A stretch of DNA of 64,000 bases from Laetmonice hystrix (lineage: Eukaryota), in contig OZ249438.1 in assembly GCA_965235115.1 (NCBI GenBank), positions 37,448,001 to 37,512,000 on the forward strand, read 5' to 3'. The position numbers were made by a program, and so were the translations under genes. Positions 1 to 13,280 of this stretch are shown here, piece by piece. Every line of letters begins with the position of its first letter. The stretch's first letter is position 1. The notes under the pieces are model-generated. The model was not told where the DNA came from, did not search any database, and worked only from the letters and a program-made list of their open reading frames with translations.

Positions 1-689
1 CTCAGATCACGCGAAATCTCGATGACAGGGCGATAATAGAATTAAGGCTGGGACGGCAGCTCATAGATACTGCTCGCGCCACCAGGGGTCGCTGGTTTAG
101 TCCATGTCTCATACGTTCTAACATCTAACACTGAGAAGATTCTGTCTGTGCTGAGTTTCCTGGTAAGTCCCATCTGATGATATATACAAATTAATAGAAG
201 GAATTGGCCCGTGCGTTGGGGTCGTCTCTGATAGGGATAAATTGAATGCTTGCATGTTTCTCCCAAGGTCGATACTTCCTCTGAGGTGGACAGAGGTAGT
301 GGTAATTGTGGTGTATTGGCCACTGTTGGAAATAGCTTTGGGTCCCCGTCCTGTGTGATACAGTCAGACCAAGTCCTGTGTGATACGGACGTACTAGTTG
401 AACCCTGTCCTTTATCATACGATACGGACACAGCAGACCAAGTCCTGTATGATACGGTTAGACCCGTCCTGTATCATACAATATACAGACACGATCAGAC
501 CCTGTCCCGTATAATACGGATACACCTTCCTGTGTTGTTGTCCCTGACCGGTATGTGTTAAGGGGCAGGTGGTGACCCGACCATAAGCTGGCAAGTCGAT
601 GACGTTTGGCTAAGCGGGGCCCGTCTCATAACTCCCGCCGTATCAGCTGATCAACCCCAGCTCCTGGAGTGTTCATTTGACCCGTGGAT

Positions 690-1480
690 GCGAGCTGTAA
701 CGAGATTGAAACAGTCACATTCCTGGAGCCAATTTTCCATCGGCCGAGTCGTGGCCATTCTGATGGGCCTTTCAGCTCGGCTCAGATGTGGCATCTACAG
801 GGCGGAGATGGTGAGGCCGGCATGGTCATAGAACGGGGGCCGGTGGAGGGTTGTTTGGATAGAGTGTCACCCTGGCAGGTCAGGGACACTCATAAATCAG
901 ATCGTAATATCAACCCAGGCGGGCCGATCGGAGAAACATGGCCGGGTAGGACAGAACGACAGCGGCTCACTTGGTCTCATCCAAGCGGGGCCCACTTTTT
1001 ACAGCCCACTTGACTTGTACTACACGTGATGGTGGGCGAACTGCTGTCGGTATTTACTCGGGAATCAGCGAAGATTCCCGAGGTGTGTTTTGTATTGCCA
1101 GCAAGATGAAGAGTGGGAGCTGACCGCATCTGTTATGCCGTCCTGAGCTCATACATCAGAGTTTAATGAAGGTTTATTTAATGAGGTTTAGGTAGCGAGA
1201 GGTTATGACTGACGGGGTTAAAGACGAGTCGGGGTGAGAGAAGATGGAGAGAAAGCAGTGGGATGTATTGCGATCCTGACTGGCCAGTCACCATGGTAAA
1301 CCTTGATCTAGTGGGTGTCTCAAGACGGACAGAGAGGCAGGATTGGGAGTGGAGCGTACGGATGATGAAGCACGCATGTAGATGGCCGAAATCAGATTAT
1401 AACAGGGATTGGATAAAGTGAATTGGATGGCCCGGAGAACGCCCGACACAGGACATTAACACAGTGAAGGTCGACGACAA
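690..1480 (-). mobile_element. Decayed RTE-like non-LTR retrotransposon reverse-transcriptase fragment
   Basis: Minus-strand translation with stops and frameshifts gives RT-like motifs in the expected order: FG..FIIRTLH (1349-1369), F...TG..Q...SIF, RE(L)FAD (1064-1080) and GLTIS (804-818). The FAD-to-GLTIS spacing is longer than expected. Confidence 0.45.
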
Positions 1481-2728
1481 TGGTAACGCTGCCCCGTCCA
1501 CATCCCGCAGTGTTTCAAAACGATATGTGGAGGAAAAAAAGGAATAACCAAAGGTGAATTCAATACGGCGGCATTAATAACGAGAAAGGGTAAGGCAAGG
1601 TATAGCCTCTCTCCTGTCGGTGCAGGCCCGCTGATTCCCCCTGTGAGCGGCAGACGCTGCCCCCAGGAGGGGCGGAAATATTAAAAATGAATAAGGCCTC
1701 GCATCTCCCAGCAGAAAGAAGAATTAGGAGGGCCTGTCTTAATCTGTCCGTGGCATGGGATAGCGGGCCTGAGCGGCACCCCAACCTGGTTGTCTTTTGT
1801 CGGCACCCACCCAGCCTCAAAGGCGGCGTGGTGCGTGCATGGCCAACGTGCGCGCACTACACAACTCTCCCATTCTTCTACATTGAACTCATCATTAATT
1901 CAACCACTCATCAGAGCCGGCCCTTACGACCTTGCACTGAGGAAATTGGTGATCCACATACGTACCTAGCGTCTGGAGAGGATGGTGCCACAGGTTATCT
2001 GCTAGGTTGTTTGTACTTATTAACTCTATGTCACTGGTTCGGGAGGCTGTCGTAGTTGTCCGAGTTTAGCCTCTATATCGCCTCAGATCATTGCCTATCT
2101 ATTGAGGCAAGCTAACGTATCTAAACATCCGAGCAAATGACGCAATCTTTACAGGCAATCAAGGTTCTCAGGAATTCCAACATCTCATGATTTTCTTTCG
2201 CTCAGACCAACAAAACTAATTTAGTAATGCCACAAACCGTTTGCCAATCCATAGATCCAGTCTCCAACCCTTGACATTTAACAGCCTGAGGAAAAGTGAG
2301 GAACCGGCAGCAAGCGATCGGGTCTTTACAGTCTCACTGTCACCTTTACAGAAATAACCACGATTTCCTCAACAAAAATAGCTTTGGTTATCACCGTATT
2401 TATTGAAGCACCATCTCATTGCAGTGCAAAAAGAAAGGGGGAAAACCTGTAATATTCTCAGGTTGTTGAAATCCAGTTTCCAAAGGAACATCAACATGGT
2501 TCCTTGAGTGAACGGCAAATAGGTGGTCAGTCGCCATTCTGCTGAACTTCGTGCTCAAAATAAATAACAACATTTTAAAAGAAGTGACGACAACTCAACT
2601 GAGCTATGAGATATGAAGATGGCTGTGTTGTCAATGATCTCCTCGGGTTCCAAACGCCTAAAATTTTAATTGGCTGAACTAGGGTTAATTATTTCATTTA
2701 GGTACACGGTCATCGTGGTTAATCGTGC

Positions 2729-3681
2729 TGGAACGTGTGTCTGCGTGTGTGTTCACGGCAGTTTGTCGACGATAGGTTGGGGTGTGTGTGTGTGTGTGTT
2801 CACGGCAGTTTGTCGACGATAGGTTGGGAAGGGTGTCTGTGTGTGTGCTCACGGCAGTTTGTCGACGATAGGTTGGGGTGTGTGTGTGTGTTCACGGCAG
2901 TTTGTCGACGATAGGTTGGGGTGTGTGTGTGTGTGTGTTCACGGCAGTTTGTCGACGATAGGTTGGGAAGGGTGTGTGTGTGTGTTCACGGCAGTTTGTC
3001 GACGATAGGTTGGAACGTGTGTCTGTGTGTGTGTTCACGGCAGTTTGTCGACGATAGGTTGGGAAGGGTGTGTGTGTGTGTTCACGGCAGTTTGTCGACG
3101 ATAGGTTGGGAAGGGTGTCTGTGTGTGTGTTCACGGCAGTTTGTCGACGATAGGTTGGGAAGGGTCTGTGTGTGTGTGTTCACGGCAGTTTGTCGACGAT
3201 AGGTTGGGGTGTGTGTGTGTGTGTGTGTTCACGGCAGTTTGTCGACGATAGGTTGGGAAGGGTGTGTGTGTGTGTTCACGGCAGTTTGTCGACGATAGGT
3301 TGGGAAGGGTGTGTGTGTGTGTTCACGGCAGTTTGTCGACGATAGGTTGGGAAGGGTGTGTGTGTGTGTTCACGGCAGTTTGTCGACGATAGGTTGGGAA
3401 GGGTGTGTGTGTGTGTTCACGGCAGTTTGTCGACGATAGGTTGGGAAGGGTGTGTGTGTGTTCACGGCAGTTTGTCGACGATAGGTTGGGAAGGGTGTGT
3501 GTGTGTTCACGGCAGTTTGTCGACGATAGGTTGGAACGTGTGTCTGTGTGTGTGTTCACGGCAGTTTGTCGACGATAGGTTGGGAAGGATGTGTGTGGGT
3601 GTGTTCACGGCAGTTTGTCGACGATAGGTTGGGAAGGGTGTGTGTGTGTTCACGGCAGTTTGTCGACGATAGGTTGGGAAG
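2729..3681. repeat. Minisatellite, ~45-50 bp unit with variable (GT)n
   Basis: ~20 copies of TTCACGGCAGTTTGTCGACGATAGGTTGG separated by (GT)n-rich linkers. Confidence 0.95.
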
Positions 3682-3917
3682 AGGATTCTGACCACAAATT
3701 GACGCGGCAGTGGCGCGGGGCGAGCAGAGAGCGTTGGCCGCCGGGACTCGGCCGTCAAATGACTGCTGCCCATGTCAGCACCCCAGTGACCACGGCCAGC
3801 CCCGCTATGACACCACTCACCCTGACCCTTGACCCTTGACCTGACTGGTCCCAGCACGTGTGCTTCTCATCAGCTTACCACCCAACATCAACGCAGCCAT
3901 ACTAAACTAGAGAAAGT

Positions 3918-4398
3918 CAGGGATACTATAGCACAGTAAAACGGGGATACCATACCACAGTAAGACTGGGATACCGTACCACAGTAAGACAGGGATACCA
4001 TACCACAGTAAGAAAGGGATACCATACCACAGTAAGACTGGGATACCGTACCACAGTAAGACTGGGATACCATACCACAGTAAGATAGGGATACCATACC
4101 ACAGTAAGACTGGGATACCATACCACAGTAAGACTGGGATACCATACCACAGTAAGACTGGGATACCATACCACAGTAAGATAGGGATACCATACCACAG
4201 TAAGACTGGGATACCATACCACAGTAAGACTGGGATACCATACCACAGTAAGACTGGGATACCGTACCACAGTAAGATAGGGATACCATGCCACAGTAAG
4301 ATAGGGATACCATACCACAGTAAGATAGGGATACCATACCACAGTAAGATAGGGATACCGTACCACAGTAAGATAGGGATACCGTACCAGTAAGACAG
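3918..4398. repeat. Minisatellite, 24-bp unit
   Basis: ~20 copies of GGGATACCATACCACAGTAAGA(CT/TA). Confidence 0.95.
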
Positions 4399-4519
4399 AA
4401 GCCAGTGTGATTTCTTCTAGAGAATGGTAATCTCTCATCGATAAGAGTATCAACAAGGATAATTTACCTACGGTAGGTAAATTATCCTTGGTATCAATAC
4501 CGTCGGGCCTGAGTGGCGA

Positions 4520-4996
4520 CCCCTCCCCCCCCCAACCATACACACTCGCCGATCTTGTCATGTACTGAGATATTCCCTTCCTCACTAAGTTCATCAGTAT
4601 CCAGACACCCCCCCCCCCCACCCACCCACCCACCCCAACCATACACACTCGCCGATCTTGTCATGTACTGAGATATTCCCTTCCTCACTAAGTTCATCAG
4701 TATCCAGACGCCCCCCCCCCCAACCATACACACTCGCCGATCTTGTCATGTATACTGAGATATTCCCTTCCTCACCAAGTTCATCAGTATCCAGACGCCC
4801 CCCCCCCCCTCACAACCATACACACTCGCCGATCTTGTCATGTACTGAGATATTCCCTTCCTCAATAAGTTCATCAGTATCCAGACGCCCCCCCCCCCCC
4901 TCACAACCATACACACTCGCCGATCTTGTCATGTACTGAGATATTCCCTTCCTCACTAAGTTCATCAGTATCCAGACGCCCCCCCCCCCCCCCCCC
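4520..4996. repeat. Minisatellite, ~85-100 bp unit with poly-C tract
   Basis: 5 copies of AACCATACACACTCGCCGATCTTGTCATGTACTGAGATATTCCCTTCCTCACTAAGTTCATCAGTATCCAGAC joined by poly-C. Confidence 0.95.
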
Positions 4997-6655
4997 AATC
5001 CTGAAAACTAATCTTCAAAGTTCGCCTGATTGCTTTGTGATACAAGAGCCCCGTTCCGTAGGAGGGCGCCACCGTCCACACCTGTTTCCTTTGTAAGACC
5101 GTGTCCAGCCGTTCTATACGTGTTCTGTGGTCATTAGTGAGCCAAGTTCAGGTCTGTGGAGGCTACCCCAGGCAAGATGTGGGATCCCCAGCGGACAAAC
5201 GCTACCCCTGCCGGTTATTTACCCCATACTGGTATATTTTACTGATAACCCCCTCCTCCCAGGCTACACCCCCATCCCCACCTGTAGCGTCGTATATATC
5301 TACGGTTAGCTACCATCCCAACTCGATGGGAAATGTCGACGCCCCCGCAGTAGATTTTTCACGTCATCCTTCGTCTCGGAGCGAGCACGTGTTTTGGTTC
5401 TCCCCGAGTGAAGGAGGGTGAGCTTAGGGAGACGGATGTACTCGACAGCAGAGGTCAAACGAATGAATAAATAAATGGAGGCGTGACGAGATTCTTCAGC
5501 TAATATTGTAGTTGGGCATGTGTATTCCCCTAAAAATCTTTACCGACACGGGGCCCGCCGCTGACGTAAGGAGTTAAGCCGCAGAGATGGCGAGGTAGGG
5601 GCGGACGGAGGGGGAGGGGTAGTTCTAATACCGTCCCTTAACCCGTAAGCCATCCCTGCAGAAATAGGGCTTGGCATCCCCCGCCTCCACGCCTCCGCGC
5701 ATCCATGCCTGCCCGCGGACATCGCCTGATATAGAACGAATCCGTACCCAGCCGTCGGCCGTGTACAGTATGCAACAGTTATCTTCCTGTCATAAAGCAG
5801 CCAACTTTTGAAAGACAGCCTTTTACCTGGCATTAATCAAACGTCTTTCCCCGCGACAAGACTGTCAATTTAACCAGCCGGCTTCAGTGTGACATTACTG
5901 CCAGCCCAGAGGATAGTGAAAGATATTTGATTTTACACAGTAGGTGACAAAAACCGGCGTCTTTAATCACCACGGATCTGCTGGCTGTTCCAGTAATAGT
6001 TCATTAAATATTTATAATAAGGACACTTAATGAATGGTTAGAATGATAAAACTGGACTGCTCTAAATGTCAGCCATACATGTAGCACCAAACCAGCTTAC
6101 GCTTAGGCTACTCGTCTCTACAGGGCCCAATGTTTGTGAAATGAGTGTTGTATGTGATGGCCGACAATATCAAGTGTATGACAATCCTAGGTTTGTGTTT
6201 AGTTGATATTCAGACTCGGTCTGGCTGTTCCGTTCTTCACGAGAGAATGAGACATGACATGTGAATGCAATGTTCGTGCATTCTCCCAACCAACTCTCAG
6301 AATTTGTTTCTTCCGTAGAGAGGGCTTCACCTGTGTTGTTCAATCCACATTAGAATGTAAAACTATGGTAGAAGAGGGGCTCAATTAAACACAGCTTACA
6401 TTCAGCCCATGGTTCTTGCTCGAACGACGGCTCGTTAGCGGCCATTTTTCCGGTTTTGCCAAACGTCCTTTGTTCTCTAGTTACAATGTTACGTGCAGTT
6501 ACGACATTTATCAGCGTGAGACCTGAACAGCGTACCTCCTGGCAGTTCTCCGTAATATTGATGTTTTTAGAGGTAGTCCCATCAAATTGACGTTACGTCA
6601 TCATTCAGTGCTGAGGGCTAAAGAACATAATGTAACGACCTTTCTGGGAGTTTGA

Positions 6656-7078
6656 GGGACAGGTAGGATCCGCTGGTTACACTGTTTATGTGGGTGCCAG
6701 GGTGGGTGATGGACAGGTGGGATCCGCCGGTTACACTGTTTATGTGGGTGCCAGGGTGATGGACAGGTAGGATCCGCCGGTTACACTGTTTATGTGGGTG
6801 CCAGGGTGATGGACAGGTAGGATCCGCCGGTTACACTGTTTATGTGGGTGCCAGGGGGGTGACAGGTAGGATCCGCCGGTTACACGGTTTATGTGGGTGC
6901 CAGGGTGATGGACAGGTAGGATCCGCCGGTTACACTGTTTATGTGGGTGCCAGGGGGGTGACAGGTAGGATCCGCCGGTTACACTGTTTATGTGGGTGCC
7001 AGGGTGGGTGACAGGTAGGATCCGCCGGTTACACTGTTTATGTGGGTGCCAGGGTGGGTGACAGGTAGGATCCGCTGG
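6656..7078. repeat. Minisatellite, ~42-49 bp unit
   Basis: ~9 copies of GACAGGTAGGATCCGCCGGTTACACTGTTTATGTGGGTGCCAGGG. Confidence 0.95.
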
Positions 7079-8681
7079 TCATGGACTGGCGGTAGCAGGC
7101 AAACGGTAAAACATGTAGGCCCAATTACAGCAGAACGCCTTGACTTCCGCAGGCCTATATCCACAATGACAAAATTGCCGACGAATCTGACTTGGAGAGG
7201 CTGATGAAGCAAAGATTACTGTTATTGGTTTAAAGAATTTGTAATCAGTGCCCTTGTCTCAAAGTTCAGGATCATTATGTGCGTCTGGAGCCTGGGGTAT
7301 GACATATTGCGAGCCGCACCATAGCTGTGTCAACGAGTTAAATTACTCGTTCAGTTTTAATTCTCCGGATGTCTTAGCACCAGATAAAAAAAAGAGATAA
7401 TACATCCAAACTAATCCAGTTCCAAATTAAAGCCTTTAATCAATGCTATCCATTTTAATTTCCTGCCAGACTGGAGTTAAATGAAGGAGCTGACAAGTGG
7501 AAGGTTTCAGCCAGGAACCGCAGGGGGCCGGGGACCGAGCCATAAAGTATTGTAGGAGGAAGATGGTTGAAAGTTACCATAAAACATGACCAGCAAGGCT
7601 GGGATGCTGTCTGTAGACATACCGGCAGGGGATGGAAGGGTACTTAGGCCTGGCACAGCCAGAGTGGGTCACTTGATGTAACTCTTCACAGTGACAATGC
7701 CTGCCATGGCCGGAGGAGCGTTGCTCGTCGTCGATTGGCAGCAGGGTTGAATAGCGGCGTCTGCTGCTCAAGTCTTATTGTACGAGACATGTACCCCCGT
7801 AACTAGGCAGAACTCTCTAACTCTGGCGTGTCCATCACCTCTCCATCTCCCGAGGTTTTCTCAGAAATCCTCACACAGCTTTCTGACATCATGTCACCCT
7901 ACAACTGGACCCGGCCAAGTGGAAGCCAAGCTAGTTTATCTACGGTTCTAGATGCATGTATACATGTTGTATATGCCTGAAGGCGTGGTAACAATAGAAG
8001 AGATGGAAGGAGCGGGAATACCTCTATAGTGGCGCCACTCAGCGGTATGCGATGGTCCAGTAGAGGCAGACTGGGCGTACCACTGACCGGATACTGCCCC
8101 ACCATCAATACGTTGACCACTGCCAATATCCTGTGTTGGCTGCGCCATAGACTGGACAGCGTCCAGGACTGAGCTCGAGCTGATGTATGACTGCAGACTC
8201 CGCCAGTCGTAGTAAGTAGAAACCAGAGTGAAATCGGTGACGTCGTCAACACTTCAATTTATTTGATGGAAACTTTATTGACGGAATCAGGCTGGTATAA
8301 ACTTGTGCTTTTTTTAACCGCAGTTAATTTAGAATGAGGGAAATCTGTCTGGAATACCGTTTTAAGAAGTGCGTGACCTTGTCTATGTCAGACAAGATTC
8401 CATGAGTGTGTAATTGTCGAAGGAGCCAGCTTATTAAAGCAGTGTCGATCTAAATCAAGCAGGTGAGAGTTTGGCGGGTCGCGATAACGTGTTTTTGAAA
8501 CTGAAACTGTAGAGCCGTCATGTCGACAGAAACAGAGAACTTGTTAATTGCTGACGGCGGTAAACAACATATGACCTTCGGATTGAATAACCTGGAAACT
8601 TTGTGGCTGAACTAAACAACATACAGGATATGATTATTGTCATCGGTCACATAATATATGGATTCTAATTAGGAAATGTCG

Positions 8682-9462
8682 TGGAACCATCCAGAATAAT
8701 TTATGTATCCTCACAGTATGTAGATTGGTGCTATGGAACCATCCAGAATAATTTATGTATCCTCACAGTATGTAGATTGGTGTCATGGAACCATCCAGAA
8801 TAATTTATGTATCCTCACAGTATGTAGATTGGTGCCATGGAACCATCCAGAATAATTTATGTATCCTCACAGTATGTAGATTGGTGCCATGGAACCATCC
8901 AGAATAATTTATGTATCCTCACAGTATGTAGATTGGTGCCATGGAACCATCCAGAATAATTTATGTATCCTCACAGTATGTAGATTGGTGCCATGGAACC
9001 ATCCAGAATAATTTATGTATCCTCACAGTATGTAGATTGGTGCCATGGAACCATCCAGAATAATTTATGTATCCTCACAGTATGTAGATTGGTGCCATGG
9101 AACCATCCAGAATAATTTATGTATCCTCACAGTATGTAGATTGGTGCCATGGAACCATCCAGAATAATTTATGTATCCTCACAGTATGTAGATTGGTGCC
9201 ATGGAACCATCCAGAATAATTTATGTATCCTCACAGTATGTAGACTGGTGCCATGGAACCATCCAGAATAATTTATGTATCCTCACAGTATGTAGATTGG
9301 TGCCATGGAACCATCCAGAATAATTTATGTATCCTCACAGTATGTAGATTGGTGCCATGGAACCATCCAGAATAATTTATGTATCCTCACAGTATGTAGA
9401 TTGGTGCCATGGAACCATCCAGAATAATTTATGTATCCTCACAGTATGTAGATTGGTGCCAT
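8682..9462. repeat. Minisatellite, 52-bp unit
   Basis: 15 copies of GGAACCATCCAGAATAATTTATGTATCCTCACAGTATGTAGATTGGTGCCAT. Confidence 0.97.
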
Positions 9463-10289
9463 TTGCACTGTACAAATAACATATCCTGCCCCACATTGGC
9501 ATTCAGCAGATTATGGCTCTGTGTCCAATTTATTCACGAGTTCCTACACTTTGCTTACAAGATTGAAGTTATAGAAACGGGATCCCAACATCACTCGGTT
9601 TAAAGGAATCATGTGCCAACCTGGTTAAGCGTTACGGGAAGCCAGTTCGGCCGGGTATCATGCTAACCTCGTCAGAATCTATGCACCTTCTGTCACTGGC
9701 ATACCTCTTAGGTTTAATATACATAGGTTTTGTAAACAGACAGCGACGAAATGCACTGTCACCCGGTCTGTCGAAGGCAAGGCTGCGACCATGCTGCTTC
9801 TTCGCACACTGCATGCACACAACGATATACTTCCCCGACAAAACTGTCAACTGTGTTTTTTGACATCTTCACGCGAATAGCTATATTTAACAGTACATCG
9901 CTGCTTAATTTATCATAAAAATCTGTCGAGAAAATAAAGAGAGTGTTTTGTTCACTAAAATCTATCTCGAAGGCGAGGGGCAGGTCCAGAAAAAGACGCG
10001 CGTCTTTCCAGATTTTCTGGTTTTCACATATTTAAAAAAATACCCAATCAGGGAAGTAGACAGTTATGGAACCTAATTACCATACACTATCGAAGCAACG
10101 TTTTCGCCAATTTGTCCAATATATGAAATAGTTGACATAATTCCTCTAAGGCCAACAGATTTTTATTCCCCAATACAAGTTCCAAAGTCTGGCGCCAACA
10201 GATTACCCTGAACCACTCTAAACCCTGGATGAAGACAATGTAATCAATGTCATAGAGGTCTTTAATTTCAACAAAGAAAATATAGTGGC

Positions 10290-10917
10290 TTGAGTGTCTT
10301 CAAAGTGGACCTGATAATGGTTGGTCATACTGAAGACTTGAGTGTCTTCAAAGTGGACCTGATAATGGTTGGTCATACTGAAGACTTGAGTGTCTTCAAA
10401 GTGGACCTGATAATGGTTGGTCATACTGAAGACTTGAGTGTCTTCAAAGTGGACCTGATAATGGTTGGTCATACTGAAGACTTGAGTGTCTTCAAAGTGG
10501 ACCTGATAATGGTTGGTCATACTGAAGACTTGAGTGTCTTCAAAGTGGACCTGATAATGGTTGGTCATACTGAAGACTTGAGTGTCTTCAAAGTGGACCT
10601 GATAATGGTTGGTCATACTGAAGACTTGAGTGTCTTCAAAGTGGACCTGATAATGGTTGGTCATACTGAAGACTTGAGTGTCTTCAAAGTGGACCTGATA
10701 ATGGTTGGTCATACTGAAGACTTGAGTGTCTTCAAAGTGGACCTGATAATGGTTGGTCATACTGAAGACTTGAGTGTCTTCAAAGTGGACCTGATAATGG
10801 TTGGTCATACTGAAGACTTGAGTGTCTTCAAAGTGGACCTGATAATGGTTGGTCATACTGAAGACTTGAGTGTCTTCAAAGTGGACCTGATAATGGTTGG
10901 TCATACTGAAGACTTGA
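10290..10917. repeat. Minisatellite, 48-bp unit, apparently identical copies
   Basis: 13 copies of TTGAGTGTCTTCAAAGTGGACCTGATAATGGTTGGTCATACTGAAGAC. Confidence 0.97.
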
Positions 10918-11402
10918 AAGGGTGCTGAACGATAGGTCCGAGCATGACCAGTCCGAGTGTTGTTGAAACCTCGGAGGTGAATCCTAATGATTTACTCCTA
11001 TATGTAGCAGCGATCTTGCTGTTTTCAATCCAGACATGATATGCACTAAGCTTGGCAAGGATAAGATCAACCATTTGGAAAGCGACACTACATGTAGAGT
11101 AGAGCCAGTCTCGAAGGGCATAGATTCGCAGATTAAGATCAAAGAAAAAGCTCGGTATATATGCACTACGCTTTGTCGTGGCGGAATAAATGTTGCATGG
11201 CTTCTCTTGTTCTACAGTTCAATATTGACTCGAAGAAGGATGAAGAGCTGCCAAGGCAGATGGCCAGCCAGGTTTACAATAACAGGGATTTTACAATGGC
11301 GATGATTAAAGGCTTGGCGCCTGCTCTGCAGATGGATGTACAGCGGAATATGTTAATCAGTTCCAACAAAAAGTCGGCGCCCTTATAGCGAGGAAAGAAT
11401 TG

Positions 11403-11564
11403 TGACGTATGGAGTGAGGCATGACGTACGGCATGTTACATGACGTGAGGTGTCCATGGTGACCAGAATATAACGTCACCTTTATGACGTATGGAGTGAC
11501 GCATGACGTAAGGCGTGTTGCATGACGTGAGGTGTCCATGGTGACCAGAATATAACGTCACCTT
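11403..11564. repeat. Two-copy ~82-bp tandem duplication rich in TGACGT
   Basis: TGACGTATGGAGTGA...CATGACGTGAGGTGTCCATGGTGACCAGAATATAACGTCACCTTT occurs twice. Confidence 0.85.
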
Positions 11565-12808
11565 TCTGTGTGTTGTTGAAGGTCACGTGGCCCCCATATT
11601 GTGATGACGTGCCCCATCCGTCCGTCCGTCTTCCCTCCCGCCCGGGCGGCCAGACTAACTGACGGACAGTCCCGCTGGCAGGGTCGGCGGCAGGCAGGAG
11701 GCAGTCAGTAAATTGACATGACAACGATTACAGCTGTGCCGAGATATTTCGCACAAGACAAGCCAATTTTACACCGCTCCATCACGCTGCAGACACGATC
11801 GTAACACGCCACTTCCGTGCCAGAAGTGGTTATTAATTTCACCAGTTTGCTTCAGTTCAGCGTGGCGGACCCCTTTTTCCCGACGAAGTATCACACATGC
11901 CATCCGCAAGAGATGAAGCCATCGAGTTTTATAAAGCCAATTAGTATTTACAGAAAAAAACAAACGACTGAGAGGAGGGGAGCCATCTGTGACGGTCTGT
12001 AAGTAGGTGAAGGTTGGGAAAGGAATCAAGTCTGAGATGCAAGGATGTATTTTAAGCAGTGATAAATTGGTAAAACCGTATTTTGTTTGCAATATTTGCT
12101 CTCATTAATAATATCTTTGGTCATATATTTCAGGCACGTAGGCATTTATTATTATTATGGGTATCTCTATTTTTGACAGGACCTGGTGTGAGTTACTTTG
12201 ATTTCCTGAAAACAATGGCTTCCTGCTTCTGGCGCTCTGTCTGGTTGATACAAACGTAATTAACACATCATTAAGAAAAACTTTAGACAGACGCTTTCTG
12301 TATTCAAAATAATACACTCCACTCCAGTGAAAATAATTTGACGCCCACACACGTATGTCGCTGGGAAGTAAAAGCTTTCATGGAAATTTATTTTGAGGTC
12401 AAAGTCCACTGGAAACTACTCTGAAACATAAAATCTCTTCTTAACAAAAAAACATGGATGTAATGTATTCTGTGTGCGGTCAGAGAAAAAAGAAACTATT
12501 TTTCACCATTATTCCCCGACTTTTTCTGATACCTTTTAGGTAATTAACTGGTGCGCTATATATGCTATGTCTGCTCAAACGTGAAAGATGAAAAACAAAT
12601 ATAAGATGATAAACCTTTTTAAATAAATTTATGGTCTCCTGCTAGTGGTTGCTGGTAATATTGGGCAGTTACACAAATCCAGCACATTCAAAATTAATCT
12701 TCTAATTACGAAAAAATTCAAAAAGCATACAGAAATAGTAACGCGACTTAACCAGAGTAATAACTAAATAGTGCATCGCGAGGATGCCGGACTTCAATCA
12801 CTGTCGCT

Positions 12809-12968
12809 AGATTCTCCAGCGCCACCTAGAGAAACTAGCTTTCCATGAGATTCTCCAGCGCCACCTAGAGAAACTAGCTTTCCATGAGATTCTCCAGCGC
12901 CACCTTGAGAAACTAGCTTTCCATGAGATTCTCCAGCGCCACCTCGAGAAACTGGCTTTCCATGAGAT
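12809..12968. repeat. Minisatellite, 39-bp unit, 4 copies
   Basis: GAGATTCTCCAGCGCCACCTAGAGAAACTAGCTTTCCAT x4. Confidence 0.93.
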
Positions 12969-13280
12969 GCGCAACATCTGCTAGATGGCACTAGCAACTT
13001 CCGCACAAAGATAGGCAGCACGTCTTTTTTTTTTCGATCCGCAGGCGAAATTTAACATTTGTCTATACTGAAGCACACAGAAGATTCGTAAACACAATTA
13101 TAGAAGACATGGAAGCGTGTGCGCATGACCCCGTACTGTGCGTGACATTTCATGTAACGACCTCCTGGTGCAAGCCAAAACAATGGTCTGACGATCTGAA
13201 GATGATCACCCGCTGATAATGAAGGCGAGTCTGAGTGGCCGTCGCTGGGAGGTAACGTGATGAAGATGTTGTGGGTAGAT

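Noticed and set aside
1976-1994. 17-nt near match (GAGAGGATGGYGCCACA) to 50331-50347
   Set aside because: About one such match is expected by chance among ~30 kb of unique sequence.
2729-3681. CRISPR-like look (constant 29-bp repeat with variable linkers)
   Set aside because: The linkers are (GT)n variants of each other rather than unique spacers, there are no cas genes, and the context is eukaryotic.
7469-7545. LELNEG...VSARNRRGPG after a good acceptor (LamG- or FN3-like fragments)
   Set aside because: It ends in a stop with no donor, and the two resemblances are to different domains, so it is likely chance.
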